Shown: piece after piece, positions 20,283 to 29,336 of the stretch
How the letters are laid out: every line of letters begins with the position of its first letter
Numbering within the stretch: the stretch's first letter is position 1
NCBI GenBank assembly: GCA_051251915.1
Contig: JBPOGF010000003.1
Location: 160,001 to 224,000, forward strand
DNA: 64,000 bases
Direction: 5' to 3'
Origin: Akkermansiaceae bacterium
GTDB taxonomy: Bacteria; Verrucomicrobiota; Verrucomicrobiia; Verrucomicrobiales; Akkermansiaceae
Program-made: the position numbers and the translations under genes
The notes under the pieces: model-generated
Database searches by the model: none
Told to the model about the DNA's origin: nothing
What the model saw: the letters and a program-made list of their open reading frames with translations, nothing else

Positions 20283-21025
20283 GCAAAAAGTTATTAGTAA
20301 TCGTGTTGTTATTAGTTGCATGCGTAATGATCCATCCGTTTGTTAAAGAAGGCTTAGGCGTAAAACCGTCTATGCTGAGTGAAAATCTTCCTGAAACATT
20401 TTATAAATGGAAGGGGAGAAGTCTTGCGGTTTCGGGTAAGGAACTCGCGATCCTTGCAAAGGATACTGATTTTGCTAGAAAATTGTATTATGTTGAAGGT
20501 GATAATTCCTATCCAGGAGTGACGGCTTCTATTGTGTTTTCTGGTAAGGATATTAACAATAGTATTCATCGTCCTGAACGCTGTCTTAGAGCGCAAGGAT
20601 GGAATTTTGAGAATGAGTCTTACACTACTGTAGATGTAGAAATAGATGGCCAGCAGGTTACTATCCCTCTTAAAGAAATAGTAACGACAAAGCCAGTATA
20701 TAGAAACATAGATTCCGTTGAGGTGCCTCTATTGAATGAAAAAGGAGAGCATGTAGTGACTCGGAATATACAATATTATACTTTTGTCGGTTATAAGGAC
20801 ATCGTGGCAGGTCACTATGAAAGAACTTGGCATGATAGTATCGAAGGCCGAATACTTGGCGGTTATACCCAACGCTGGGCGTATGCTACGTTCTCGATGA
20901 CTGTTACTCAAGCATACATAGATCAAGGGGTGATGGACGGTGATGGTTACAATGATAATGAATCAAGATCAGAGCTTAAGCAGTTCATTCAGGAGTTCCT
21001 AAAAAAGACTATTAAAAAGAACTAA
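20279..21025 (+). CDS. Exosortase-associated EpsI family protein
   Basis: ATGA overlap with exosortase; LPETFYKWKG, SIHRPERCLRAQGW. Confidence 0.85.
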   Translation: MSKKLLVIVLLLVACVMIHPFVKEGLGVKPSMLSENLPETFYKWKGRSLAVSGKELAILAKDTDFARKLYYVEGDNSYPGVTASIVFSGKDINNSIHRPERCLRAQGWNFENESYTTVDVEIDGQQVTIPLKEIVTTKPVYRNIDSVEVPLLNEKGEHVVTRNIQYYTFVGYKDIVAGHYERTWHDSIEGRILGGYTQRWAYATFSMTVTQAYIDQGVMDGDGYNDNESRSELKQFIQEFLKKTIKKN

Positions 21026-21143
21026 AGCGTTGATCCGCATTCTTGACTACAAATATCTTGAGCCACCATATTTGGTGGCTTTATTGTTGTCAGTTCGGTG
21101 GAAAATGGCACACTCGCGGCGAACAGCACCTCTAAAGCACTTC

Positions 21144-22073
21144 ATGAAGATTATTTCAGGCTCAGCCCACCAACAACTTGCTAAGGATATAGCAACACAT
21201 CTCGGTACCAAACTTGCAGACGTTACCGTGGATTGTTTCCCTGATGGGGAGACATACTGCCAGATTCATGAGAATGTTCGTGGTGAGGATGTGTTCATCA
21301 TCCAGCCTACTTGCCCGGCGACGAATCATAATATCATGGAGATGTTGATTTTGGTGGATGCAGCTAAGCGCGCTAGTGCTGGGAGTATTACTGCGGTGAT
21401 TCCTTTCTTCGGTTATGCCCGTCAGGATAGGAAAGATAAGCCACGTGTGCCTATTACGGCTAAGTTAGTGGCGAACCTTATTTCTGCTGCAGGTGTGGAT
21501 CGTGTGGTGACAATGGATTTGCATGCTGCTCAGATTCAGGGGTTTTTCGATATACCGGTAGATCATCTTTATGCGCGTCCGGTTTTTATTAAGCACTTGA
21601 GAGATGAGTGTGGTGTGGTGGGGGATAACTTAGTTGTTGTATCTCCGGATGTGGGTGGGGTGAAAAATGCTCGAGCTTACTCGGATGCGTTTGGGGCGAA
21701 TCTTGCGATTGTTGCTAAGCATAGAGTGAGTGCGACGAAGGTGGAGGCCATGAACGTGATTGGTGATGTGAAGGGGAAGACTGCTTTTCTGATCGATGAT
21801 ATGACTGAGACAGGGGGCACGCTTTGTGCTGCGGCTAAAATTTTAAAGGCCAATGGCGCGAGCCGAATTTTCGCGGGTGTTTCTCATGCGGTGATCGGTG
21901 AGCATGCTCGTAAGCGGATTCTTGAATCTGATATTGAGAGCCTTATCACTACGAACTCTGTGCCGATGGCCTATGGTGAAAAAGTGACTGCGCTTTCAGT
22001 GGCTCCACTCTTTGGTGAGGCGATTAAGCGCATTTCCCAGGGAGAAAGTGTGACATCTTTGTTTGACATTTAG
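21144..22073 (+). CDS. prs: Ribose-phosphate pyrophosphokinase
   Basis: FPDGE, GYARQDRK, DLHAAQIQGFFDIPVD, SPDVGG, IDDMTETGGT. Confidence 0.97.
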   Translation: MKIISGSAHQQLAKDIATHLGTKLADVTVDCFPDGETYCQIHENVRGEDVFIIQPTCPATNHNIMEMLILVDAAKRASAGSITAVIPFFGYARQDRKDKPRVPITAKLVANLISAAGVDRVVTMDLHAAQIQGFFDIPVDHLYARPVFIKHLRDECGVVGDNLVVVSPDVGGVKNARAYSDAFGANLAIVAKHRVSATKVEAMNVIGDVKGKTAFLIDDMTETGGTLCAAAKILKANGASRIFAGVSHAVIGEHARKRILESDIESLITTNSVPMAYGEKVTALSVAPLFGEAIKRISQGESVTSLFDI

Positions 22074-22224
22074 GTAGATTTCCACTACGCAGTGCCTCCC
22101 GGCCTGCGGAAAGGCTATTCTCTCTACCACCAGCCATATCTTTTCATTGGATTCTCCGGGGACCCTAGAAACGTCACATAAAGTAACTTGCGGCGATGTC
22201 TAACCACAAAAGAAAAATTATAAC

Positions 22225-22851
22225 ATGGCTACAACAATCGAAGCTACACTACGTCAGCGCACTGGATCAGGAGCGCTCAATGCAATGCGCCGTGAAGGAT
22301 TCATTCCTTCAGTAATCTACGGAGCGACCGAAAACAAAAATATCAAAGTCCATCAAAAGACTTTCAGAGATCATCTAAACACTAAGCCTTCATCACAGGT
22401 TCTCATTGACCTTGATGTGGAGGGACACGGTGCTCAGCAGGTCTTTATTCAGGACATTCAGTTCGATGCGATTACAGGAGCAATTCTCCACGCAGATTTC
22501 CTCGCAGTAAAAGAAGATACTGTCCTCACAGCGAAGTTACCAATCAAGCTCTTTGGTGAGCCAGCAGGTGTTAAGGCTGGTGGTCTTCTAGAGCAACTCG
22601 TTCACGCTACTAAGATTAAATCACTTCCTAAGGATCTACCACTTCAGATTGAAGCTAATGTAGAGTCACTCAAGGTTGCAGATAATCTCACTATTGGTGA
22701 TATTTCATTCCCAGAGGGTGTGACTCCAATTCTCGATAGCAGAGTTCTCGTAGCACTCGTTGCTAAGACACGTGCGGCACAGTCAGAAGGTGCAGTTGAA
22801 GAAGAAGCAGGTGAGCAAGATGCACCAGCACCTGATGCAGCAGCTGAGTAA
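22225..22851 (+). CDS. rplY: 50S ribosomal protein L25/Ctc
   Basis: RREGFIPSVIYG, HADF, GVKAGG..EQ; prs-rplY-pth synteny. Confidence 0.95.
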   Translation: MATTIEATLRQRTGSGALNAMRREGFIPSVIYGATENKNIKVHQKTFRDHLNTKPSSQVLIDLDVEGHGAQQVFIQDIQFDAITGAILHADFLAVKEDTVLTAKLPIKLFGEPAGVKAGGLLEQLVHATKIKSLPKDLPLQIEANVESLKVADNLTIGDISFPEGVTPILDSRVLVALVAKTRAAQSEGAVEEEAGEQDAPAPDAAAE

Positions 22852-22900
22852 TTACTAACATTCATCATGACGGAGGAGGGCTATTATTAGTGTTTCTCAT

Positions 22901-23467
22901 GTGAACGTGGCAATCAAACTGGTCATAGGTCTGGGAAATCCAGGTAGGAAATATGATCAAACCCGACATAACATTGGGTTTGATGTACTAGACCGCATGG
23001 CTGCAGAATCTGGAGCGGAGTTTGCTAACCATTTAAAGTGGAAGGCTCTCATCGCTAAGCATCCGCTCGCGCTACTTATGAAGCCTCAGACATTTATGAA
23101 TGAGAGTGGAAGAGCTGCAGGAGCTGCGCTGAGATTCTACAAATGGCAACCGGAAGAAGTTCTGGTGATTTATGATGATGTTTCTATCCCGTTAGGCGCT
23201 ATCCGATTTAGGATGAAGGGCTCAGCAGGTGGACACAACGGAATGAAATCACTGATACAGCACTTTGGAAGCGATGCCTTCCCGCGACTCAAACTAGGAA
23301 TCGGAGCCCCGAGATCTGGTGAGATGGTGGGGCATGTTTTGGGGAAATTTTCCCAGGATGAACGACCAGAAGTGCAGAACGCACTTGATAACGCTACAAA
23401 AGCAGTCCACTGTGCCCTCACTGAAGGCGTAGAGGCTGCTGCTAACATTCACAACGTCAATAAATAA
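22901..23467 (+). CDS. pth: Peptidyl-tRNA hydrolase
   Basis: GLGNPG..Y..TRHNIGF, KPQTFMN.SG, GGHNG. Confidence 0.97.
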   Translation: MNVAIKLVIGLGNPGRKYDQTRHNIGFDVLDRMAAESGAEFANHLKWKALIAKHPLALLMKPQTFMNESGRAAGAALRFYKWQPEEVLVIYDDVSIPLGAIRFRMKGSAGGHNGMKSLIQHFGSDAFPRLKLGIGAPRSGEMVGHVLGKFSQDERPEVQNALDNATKAVHCALTEGVEAAANIHNVNK

Positions 23468-23488
23468 TCAAAAATAGAAATCAATAAT

Positions 23489-23776
23489 ATGAGCAGAAAA
23501 TACGAAGGTCTTGTCGTTCTCGACACAAAAGGCAAAGATACATCAATCGACGAGCTAATCAGCACAGTCGGTCAACTAATCGAAGCAGAAGGTGCTAAGC
23601 TTGACGAAGTCAAGAACCTAGGACGTAAGACATTTGCATACAACGCACGCCAAATCGAAGGTGGTCACTACGTGAGCTACATGTTTGATGCGTCTCCAGA
23701 AACAATCGTTAAAATCAAGGCAAGCCTTGACCTAAACGAGGACATCTACATGCACAACTACAACCGCCAAGGTTAA
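23489..23776 (+). CDS. rpsF: 30S ribosomal protein S6
   Basis: RKYE, G.K.FAY, G.Y; position before ssb. Confidence 0.9.
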   Translation: MSRKYEGLVVLDTKGKDTSIDELISTVGQLIEAEGAKLDEVKNLGRKTFAYNARQIEGGHYVSYMFDASPETIVKIKASLDLNEDIYMHNYNRQG

Positions 23777-23820
23777 TTTTAAGGGTGGTTATTAAGCCAT
23801 CCTATGAAGCAATTTAAAAC

Positions 23821-23881
23821 AGGGTTTATCAGCCATTAGAGTATATACGATATTTTCGTATTGCTTAGGCTGATAAACCCT
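23821..23881. promoter_or_regulatory. Long hairpin between rpsF and ssb
   Basis: AGGGTTTATCAGCC...GGCTGATAAACCCT (14 bp perfect) with an inner TACGA/TCGTA stem. Confidence 0.65.
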
Positions 23882-23897
23882 TTATTATTTCTGCATT

Positions 23898-24413
23898 ATG
23901 GCAAGTTTCAATAAAGTAATGATCATGGGGAACATCACCCGTGACATCGAGCTAAGAGCAACTCCTAAGGGCACTTCGGTCACAGATCTGGGTCTAGCGT
24001 GTAACCGCGTCCGTATGGGTGAAGATGGGCAGAAGATAGAGGAGGTCACTTTTGTGGACGTCACTCTTTGGGGTAGACAGGCTGAGCTAGCTTCTCAGTA
24101 TCTCGCAAAAGGAAGCCCTATTTTCATCGAGGGCAGGCTCCACATGGATAGCTGGACGGATCAGGCTACGGGTAAGCAGCGTACTAGACTTAAGGTGGTG
24201 GGTGAGAACATGCAGTTTATTGGTTCACCTGGCGGCGGTAATAATGGTGGAGGAAATAGCAATGGCGGCGGCTACAATAGCGGTGGTCAGCAAGCTAGTC
24301 AGCCGGCACAGCCAGCTCAAAGGGCGCCACAGCAGTCATCTCCTCCGCAGGGTGGTTCGCCGGCTAGTAATATGCCAGATTTCCAAGATGAGGATGATGA
24401 TATTCCGTTTTAG
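23898..24413 (+). CDS. ssb: Single-stranded DNA-binding protein
   Basis: NKV.IMGN.TRD.ELR.T, IEGRL, Gly/Gln/Pro linker, DDDIPF tail. Confidence 0.98.
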   Translation: MASFNKVMIMGNITRDIELRATPKGTSVTDLGLACNRVRMGEDGQKIEEVTFVDVTLWGRQAELASQYLAKGSPIFIEGRLHMDSWTDQATGKQRTRLKVVGENMQFIGSPGGGNNGGGNSNGGGYNSGGQQASQPAQPAQRAPQQSSPPQGGSPASNMPDFQDEDDDIPF

Positions 24414-24485
24414 GAAGGATTAGCGGTTGACAGCAAAGTTGATAATTTCTGGGAATAGAAAGCGGGAGTATTCACTCATATTGTT

Positions 24486-24713
24486 ATGAGTGAATCAGAG
24501 AAATCTACAAAAACGGTAGAAGTTCCAGAGTCTTCTAGGGCTAGGACTTTATTGTGGTTATCTGTAGGCATACTGGTTTATATTGCCATTCAATGGATGT
24601 TACCAAAGGTGGGGGTTGCTTCCTGACTTTTTGGTCCAAGCACGCCAGTTGGCGAGCAATCAGCAGCTCCGACCTGAGGGGTATCAGGATGCCCTCCAGT
24701 TGGAGGTGAGTAG
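24486..24713 (+). CDS. Small single-TM protein; candidate selenoprotein with two in-frame UGA codons (46 aa if it stops at the first UGA, 75 aa with readthrough)
   Basis: MSESEKSTKTVEVPESSRARTLLWLSVGILVYIAIQWMLPKVGVAS-UGA-LFGPSTPVGEQSAAPT-UGA-GVSGCPPVGGE-UAG; each UGA followed by a CCAGTTGG hairpin at +19..+26; terminator follows the UAG. Confidence 0.65.
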
Positions 24714-24740
24714 GTGTACATTTTAACTATTATTTCATAA

Positions 24741-24776
24741 AAAACGGGAGTGAGCTTTTGGCTCATCTCCCGTTTT
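24741..24776. terminator. Bidirectional intrinsic terminator between the small ORF and carB
   Basis: AAAACGGGAG TGAGC tttt g GCTCA t CTCCCGTTTT. Confidence 0.85.
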
Positions 24777-24813
24777 GTGATTTTGTGGCTATGCGCTTGT
24801 GCTTAGCTGTGTG

Positions 24814-27800
24814 TTAAACTCGGTCTTGTAGTGGTGTCACTGTGAGTTCTTGCTCTTTTAGGGATCGGATGGCTCTGACTGAGGCGATGGCTGCTGCTAG
24901 GTTGGTGCAGTGTGAGATTTTGTTGGTCACTGCGCCGGAGCGGATGGTGACTTCGTCTTCTCTTGCTTCGTGGCCGCTTGGGGTGTTGATGACGAAGTTG
25001 ATCTTGCGGTTCTTCATCATGTCCATGACGTTGGGGCGTTTCTGCTCGGCGAGTTTGTAGAGTCTTTCTACTGGGATGTCTTCTGATTTGAAGAGCTTGT
25101 AGGTTCCGCCTGTGGAGTAGATGGTGAATCCTAGGTCGATGAGTTCCTTGGCGATGGCGATGGATTCTGGTTTGTCTCGGTCGTTGACTGAGAAGAAGAC
25201 GTTGCCTTCGGTGGGGAGTGGGTTGAAGGCTGAGATCTGGGCTTTGGCGTATGCCATGCCGAGGTCGTCGTCTATGCCCATGACTTCTCCTGTCGATTTC
25301 ATTTCTGGCCCGAGGACGATGTCGATTCCTGGGAATTTAGGCCATGGGAATACGGCTTCTTTGACGCAGTAGTGAGGTGGGAGTTTTTCTTCTGTGAATC
25401 CGAGTTCTGTGAGCGTCTTGCCTGCCATGACTTTGGCTGCGAGTTTGGCGAGTGGGACTCCGATGGATTTGGAGACGAATGGGACTGTGCGGGATGCGCG
25501 TGGGTTGACTTCGATTACGTAGAGTTCTTCGTCTTTTACGGCGAACTGGATGTTCATGAGGCCGATGACTTTTAGTTCTTTGGCGAGGGCTTTAGCGCCT
25601 GTCATGATCTGAGATTTGATGTCTTCAGAGAGTGATGGTGCTGGGATGACGCAGGCTGAGTCTCCGGAGTGGATGCCGGCTTGCTCGATGTGCTGCATGA
25701 TGGCTCCTACTACGGAGATTTCTCCGTCCGAGATGCAATCAACGTCTACTTCGACTGCGCCTTCTAGGAAGCGGTCAACGAGGATGGGGCGGTCTGGTGA
25801 TACGTCTGCTGCTTCGCTGATATATTTACGGAGTTCTTCGTCTGAGTATACGATCATCATGCCGCGTCCACCGAGGACGAATGATGGGCGAACGAGGACA
25901 GGGTAACCGATGCGGTCTGCGATGGTGACGGCTTCGTCTGGAGTGACGGCTGTGCCTGCTTCAGCTTGTTTGAGGTTGAGTTTATCTAGGATGGCGGAGA
26001 AGAATTTACGGTCTTCTGCGAGTTCGATAGATTTTGGTGAGGTTCCGATGATGGGGACTCCGTGACGCTCAAGGTCTGCTGCGAGGTTTAGTGGGGTTTG
26101 GCCGCCGAATTGGACGATGACGCCGACTGGTTTTTCTTGGTCGCAGATGTTGAGGACGTCTTCTAGGGTGAGTGGCTCGAAGTAGAGTTTGTCTGAGGTG
26201 TCGTAGTCTGTGGAGACTGTCTCCGGATTGGAGTTTACCATGACTGTTTCGTAGCCTAGCTCGCGGAGGGCGAATGAGGCGTGGACGCAGCAGTAGTCAA
26301 ATTCGATGCCTTGGCCGATTCTGTTAGGGCCGCCACCGAGGATGATGATTTTTTTGTTGTCTGTCTCACGAGCTTCATTTTCGTCGCCGTAGGTGGAGTA
26401 GTAGTATGGTGTGTAGGCTTCAAATTCTGCGGCGCAGGTGTCTACTAGTCTGTAGGTTGGGATGATGCCTTTTTCTTTACGTTCTGCTCGGACTTCGTCT
26501 TGGTGGCATCCGCGGGCGTGGGCGATCTGGTAGTCAGAGAATCCCATTTTTTTGGCTTTACGGAGGTCCATGTTGGCGAGGTCTTTTCCTTCGTCGACGA
26601 TGATTTTGAGGTGCTCTAGGAACCATGGGTCGATGGATGTGGCTTCGAATACTTCATCGACTGTCCAGTCTTGTTCGAATGCGGTCTGGAGCCAGAAGAT
26701 GCGTTCTGCATTTGGGACGTGGAGTTTTCTTTCGATGCGGTCACGTGAGGGGTTTTGGGCTCCTTTGCCATCGAATCCGAATCCAAATCTTCCGGTCTCT
26801 AGTGAGCGGAGTGCTTTTTGCATGGATTCTTTGAATGTTTTACCGATGGCCATGGCTTCACCGACTGCTTTCATCTGGGTGGTGAGGACTGAGTCAGCGG
26901 TTGGGAATTTCTCGAATGTGAAGCGTGGGAGCTTGGTGACGACGTAGTCGATGGTGGGCTCGAATGATGCTGGGGTGTTACGAGTGATGTCGTTGGTGAG
27001 TTCGTCTAGTGTGTATCCTACTGCGAGCTTGGCGGCGATCTTAGCGATGGGGTAGCCAGTTGCTTTAGATGCGAGTGCTGATGAGCGGGATACGCGTGGG
27101 TTCATCTCGATGACGATGCAGCGGCCGGTTTTGGGGTCTACTGAGAACTGGATGTTTGATCCGCCGGTCTCGACTCCGATTTCGCGGATGCATGCGAATG
27201 ATGCGTCACGCATGATTTGGTATTCACGGTCGGTGAGTGTCTGGGCTGGCGCTACGGTGATCGAGTCTCCGGTGTGGACGCCCATTGGGTCTAGGTTTTC
27301 AATGGAGCAGATGACTACGCAGTTGTCAGCGCAGTCGCGCATGACTTCCATTTCGTATTCTTTCCATCCGAGGAGTGATTCTTCTACGAGGATTTCTGAT
27401 ACTGGTGAGAGGTCGATGCCGCGGGCACAGATGGTTTCAAATTCTTCTACGTTGTATGCGATGCCTCCACCTGCTCCACCGAGGGTGAATGCTGGACGGA
27501 TGATGAGTGGCATGGTGCCGATTTCTTCTGCGATCTCACGGCATTCTTCGATGGTGTGGGCTACGCCAGATTTTGGTAGGTCGAGGCCAATTTTGAGCAT
27601 GGCTTCTTTGAAGCGTAGACGATCTTCACCTTTATCGATGGCGTCTGCGTTGGCGCCGATCATGCGCACGCCGTGTTTATCAAGTGTGCCGCTGTTGAAG
27701 AGGTCGATAGAGCAGTTGAGTGCGGTTTGTCCACCGAGTGTTGGTAGGAGTGCGCATGGCTGTTCTTTGATGATGATTTTCTCGACGAATTCTGGGGTGA

Positions 27801-28005
27801 TGGGCTCGATGTAGGTTCTGAATGCGAACTCTGGGTCGGTCATAATGGTAGCCGGGTTTGAGTTCACGAGGATGACTTGGTAGCCTTCTTCAGCGAGGGC
27901 TTTACAGGCTTGAACGCCTGAGTAGTCAAACTCACAGCCTTGGCCGATTACAATAGGGCCGGAGCCGATGACGAGAATTTTTTTGATCGAAGTATCTTTA
28001 GGCAT
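24814..28005 (-). CDS. carB: Carbamoyl-phosphate synthase large subunit
   Basis: [17 protein letters not shown], duplicated ATP-grasp halves ([15 protein letters not shown]), MGS domain. Confidence 0.99.
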   Translation of the reverse strand: MPKDTSIKKILVIGSGPIVIGQGCEFDYSGVQACKALAEEGYQVILVNSNPATIMTDPEFAFRTYIEPITPEFVEKIIIKEQPCALLPTLGGQTALNCSIDLFNSGTLDKHGVRMIGANADAIDKGEDRLRFKEAMLKIGLDLPKSGVAHTIEECREIAEEIGTMPLIIRPAFTLGGAGGGIAYNVEEFETICARGIDLSPVSEILVEESLLGWKEYEMEVMRDCADNCVVICSIENLDPMGVHTGDSITVAPAQTLTDREYQIMRDASFACIREIGVETGGSNIQFSVDPKTGRCIVIEMNPRVSRSSALASKATGYPIAKIAAKLAVGYTLDELTNDITRNTPASFEPTIDYVVTKLPRFTFEKFPTADSVLTTQMKAVGEAMAIGKTFKESMQKALRSLETGRFGFGFDGKGAQNPSRDRIERKLHVPNAERIFWLQTAFEQDWTVDEVFEATSIDPWFLEHLKIIVDEGKDLANMDLRKAKKMGFSDYQIAHARGCHQDEVRAERKEKGIIPTYRLVDTCAAEFEAYTPYYYSTYGDENEARETDNKKIIILGGGPNRIGQGIEFDYCCVHASFALRELGYETVMVNSNPETVSTDYDTSDKLYFEPLTLEDVLNICDQEKPVGVIVQFGGQTPLNLAADLERHGVPIIGTSPKSIELAEDRKFFSAILDKLNLKQAEAGTAVTPDEAVTIADRIGYPVLVRPSFVLGGRGMMIVYSDEELRKYISEAADVSPDRPILVDRFLEGAVEVDVDCISDGEISVVGAIMQHIEQAGIHSGDSACVIPAPSLSEDIKSQIMTGAKALAKELKVIGLMNIQFAVKDEELYVIEVNPRASRTVPFVSKSIGVPLAKLAAKVMAGKTLTELGFTEEKLPPHYCVKEAVFPWPKFPGIDIVLGPEMKSTGEVMGIDDDLGMAYAKAQISAFNPLPTEGNVFFSVNDRDKPESIAIAKELIDLGFTIYSTGGTYKLFKSEDIPVERLYKLAEQKRPNVMDMMKNRKINFVINTPSGHEAREDEVTIRSGAVTNKISHCTNLAAAIASVRAIRSLKEQELTVTPLQDRV

Positions 28006-28158
28006 GATGCGCGCGTGTGGTAAATTTGTTGGTATATGCCTATTTCACACGCCTTTGTAAAGTCTAGCGTGCGTATTTTTTAAAATAGGGGAATTTGGCG
28101 ATTAAAACTCTAAGAATATGGGGTGGGAAAAGCGTCGATCGGGTTGAATCTGTCTGGG

Positions 28159-29019
28159 TTATTTGCTGGGTGGTTTTAGGAATTGTTCTGCTGGGACGGA
28201 CTCTGTGAATTCTTTGATCTGGATGTTGCGGTAGAAGATTTCTGCGGTTTCTGATTGGAGGCCGAGGATGCCTTTTTCTGGCTTGAGGTTGAAGATCATG
28301 TTGACGATTTCTCCGTTGAGTTTGTAGATGGCGTATTCTCCGCCCATGACGATGAGTTCGCAGGTGTTCCACTGGTCATCTAGTGCGTGGTAGTTTTCTG
28401 TTGGTTTGGCTTCGTGGAGCCAGGTTCTTTTGCCGGGGAGTTTTTGTTTTGGTTTTATGAGTTTTCCTCCGTTGTCTGGGTGGAGGTAGGCGTAGGTTTT
28501 GTCACTGTAATACCAGTCGTATGAGACGCCGCCGGGGAGGATGGAGTCACCGGTGTGGTTTTTGTTTTTGGTGTGGTCATACATGATTTGGAATTCGATT
28601 CCGGTGGGGTAGATTTTGTCATCTGAGACGTGGTAGTAGACGCCGGCATCGTATTTCCATTTTTTGAAGTAGTTGGCTTTTTTCTTGCCCCATTTGTAGT
28701 CGAACTTGAGGTGGTATTTGGAGTATTCTTTTTTGGTGTACATCATGCCTAGGCTTTTATCGATGCCTGCGTCTAGGTCGATTTCGTCTGGGAATGAGTC
28801 GTCGAATACGTGGATGAAGCCGTCTTTTACTGCGAAGACTTGTTTGGCGAGGGCGGGGTCGTCGTTTTTGACTTTGAGGTACCAGCCGTCTAGGTTTTTG
28901 CCGTTGAAGAGGGCGGTGAAGCCTGGTGAGGGGGCTACTTTTTCTTTGGCTGGGGTTTGAGCTTGGGCGAAAGCTTGAGTGATGATGAGTAGTGAAATGA
29001 GTGTGGATTTTTTTAGCAT
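28159..29019 (-). CDS. Secreted DUF1080 (3-keto-disaccharide hydrolase-like) protein
   Basis: Signal peptide; LFNGKNLDGW, IEFQI, WNTCEL, G.LGLQSE.AEIFYRNI.IKE. Confidence 0.88.
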   Translation of the reverse strand: MLKKSTLISLLIITQAFAQAQTPAKEKVAPSPGFTALFNGKNLDGWYLKVKNDDPALAKQVFAVKDGFIHVFDDSFPDEIDLDAGIDKSLGMMYTKKEYSKYHLKFDYKWGKKKANYFKKWKYDAGVYYHVSDDKIYPTGIEFQIMYDHTKNKNHTGDSILPGGVSYDWYYSDKTYAYLHPDNGGKLIKPKQKLPGKRTWLHEAKPTENYHALDDQWNTCELIVMGGEYAIYKLNGEIVNMIFNLKPEKGILGLQSETAEIFYRNIQIKEFTESVPAEQFLKPPSK

Positions 29020-29120
29020 GAGTATTTTGGGTGTGAATGGTTTTTGTGATATGAAGGTGAAGGTTTAGTGGGGTGACTGCAAGGTGGAAGTTTGTTGGGT
29101 GGTTTTCTCGTGTTTTTGGT

Positions 29121-29328
29121 GCTTGGTAGATGGAATTTTTTGACCACGGAAGGCACGGAATAAACGGAAAAGGGTTGATAGGTATGGAACTTGGGTTGTG
29201 GGCTTGGGTTGATGGATTTTTTACCACGGATCTGCACGAATGGTGGACGATGGAGCGTTTTTTTGAACCGCAGAATGGCACTGAATTACGCTGAACTTGG
29301 TTGATGCTTAGGAAGCTTGGGTTGATGG
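29121..29328. repeat. Degenerate intergenic repeat array (T-run followed by three 9-10 nt CACGGA/CGCAGA-like units, three copies)
   Basis: GACCACGGA AGGCACGGA ATAAACGGA; ACCACGGA TCTGCACGAA; AACCGCAGA ATGGCACTGA ATTACGCTGA; GCTTGGGTTGATGG exact at 29202 and 29315. Confidence 0.6.
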
Positions 29329-29336
29329 GTTGGTGA

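Noticed and set aside
21030..21143. Extended N-termini in the ORF track (prs, rfbG, queA, cysJ-like, anti-sigma 33436, ORF 13754, bioF)
   Set aside because: Family similarity starts at downstream ATGs; extensions overlap neighbours or promoters
24842..27814. Many + strand ORFs antisense to carB, and similar shadow ORFs across 28000-64000
   Set aside because: They lie opposite clearly identified genes; biased codon usage depletes antisense stops
28757..29281. 174-aa and 74-aa - strand ORFs across the repeat gap
   Set aside because: Low-complexity P/H/R/K translations of skewed repeat DNA, overlapping the DUF1080 gene out of frame
29121..29328. Possible CRISPR array
   Set aside because: Repeats are short, degenerate and irregularly spaced; no cas genes
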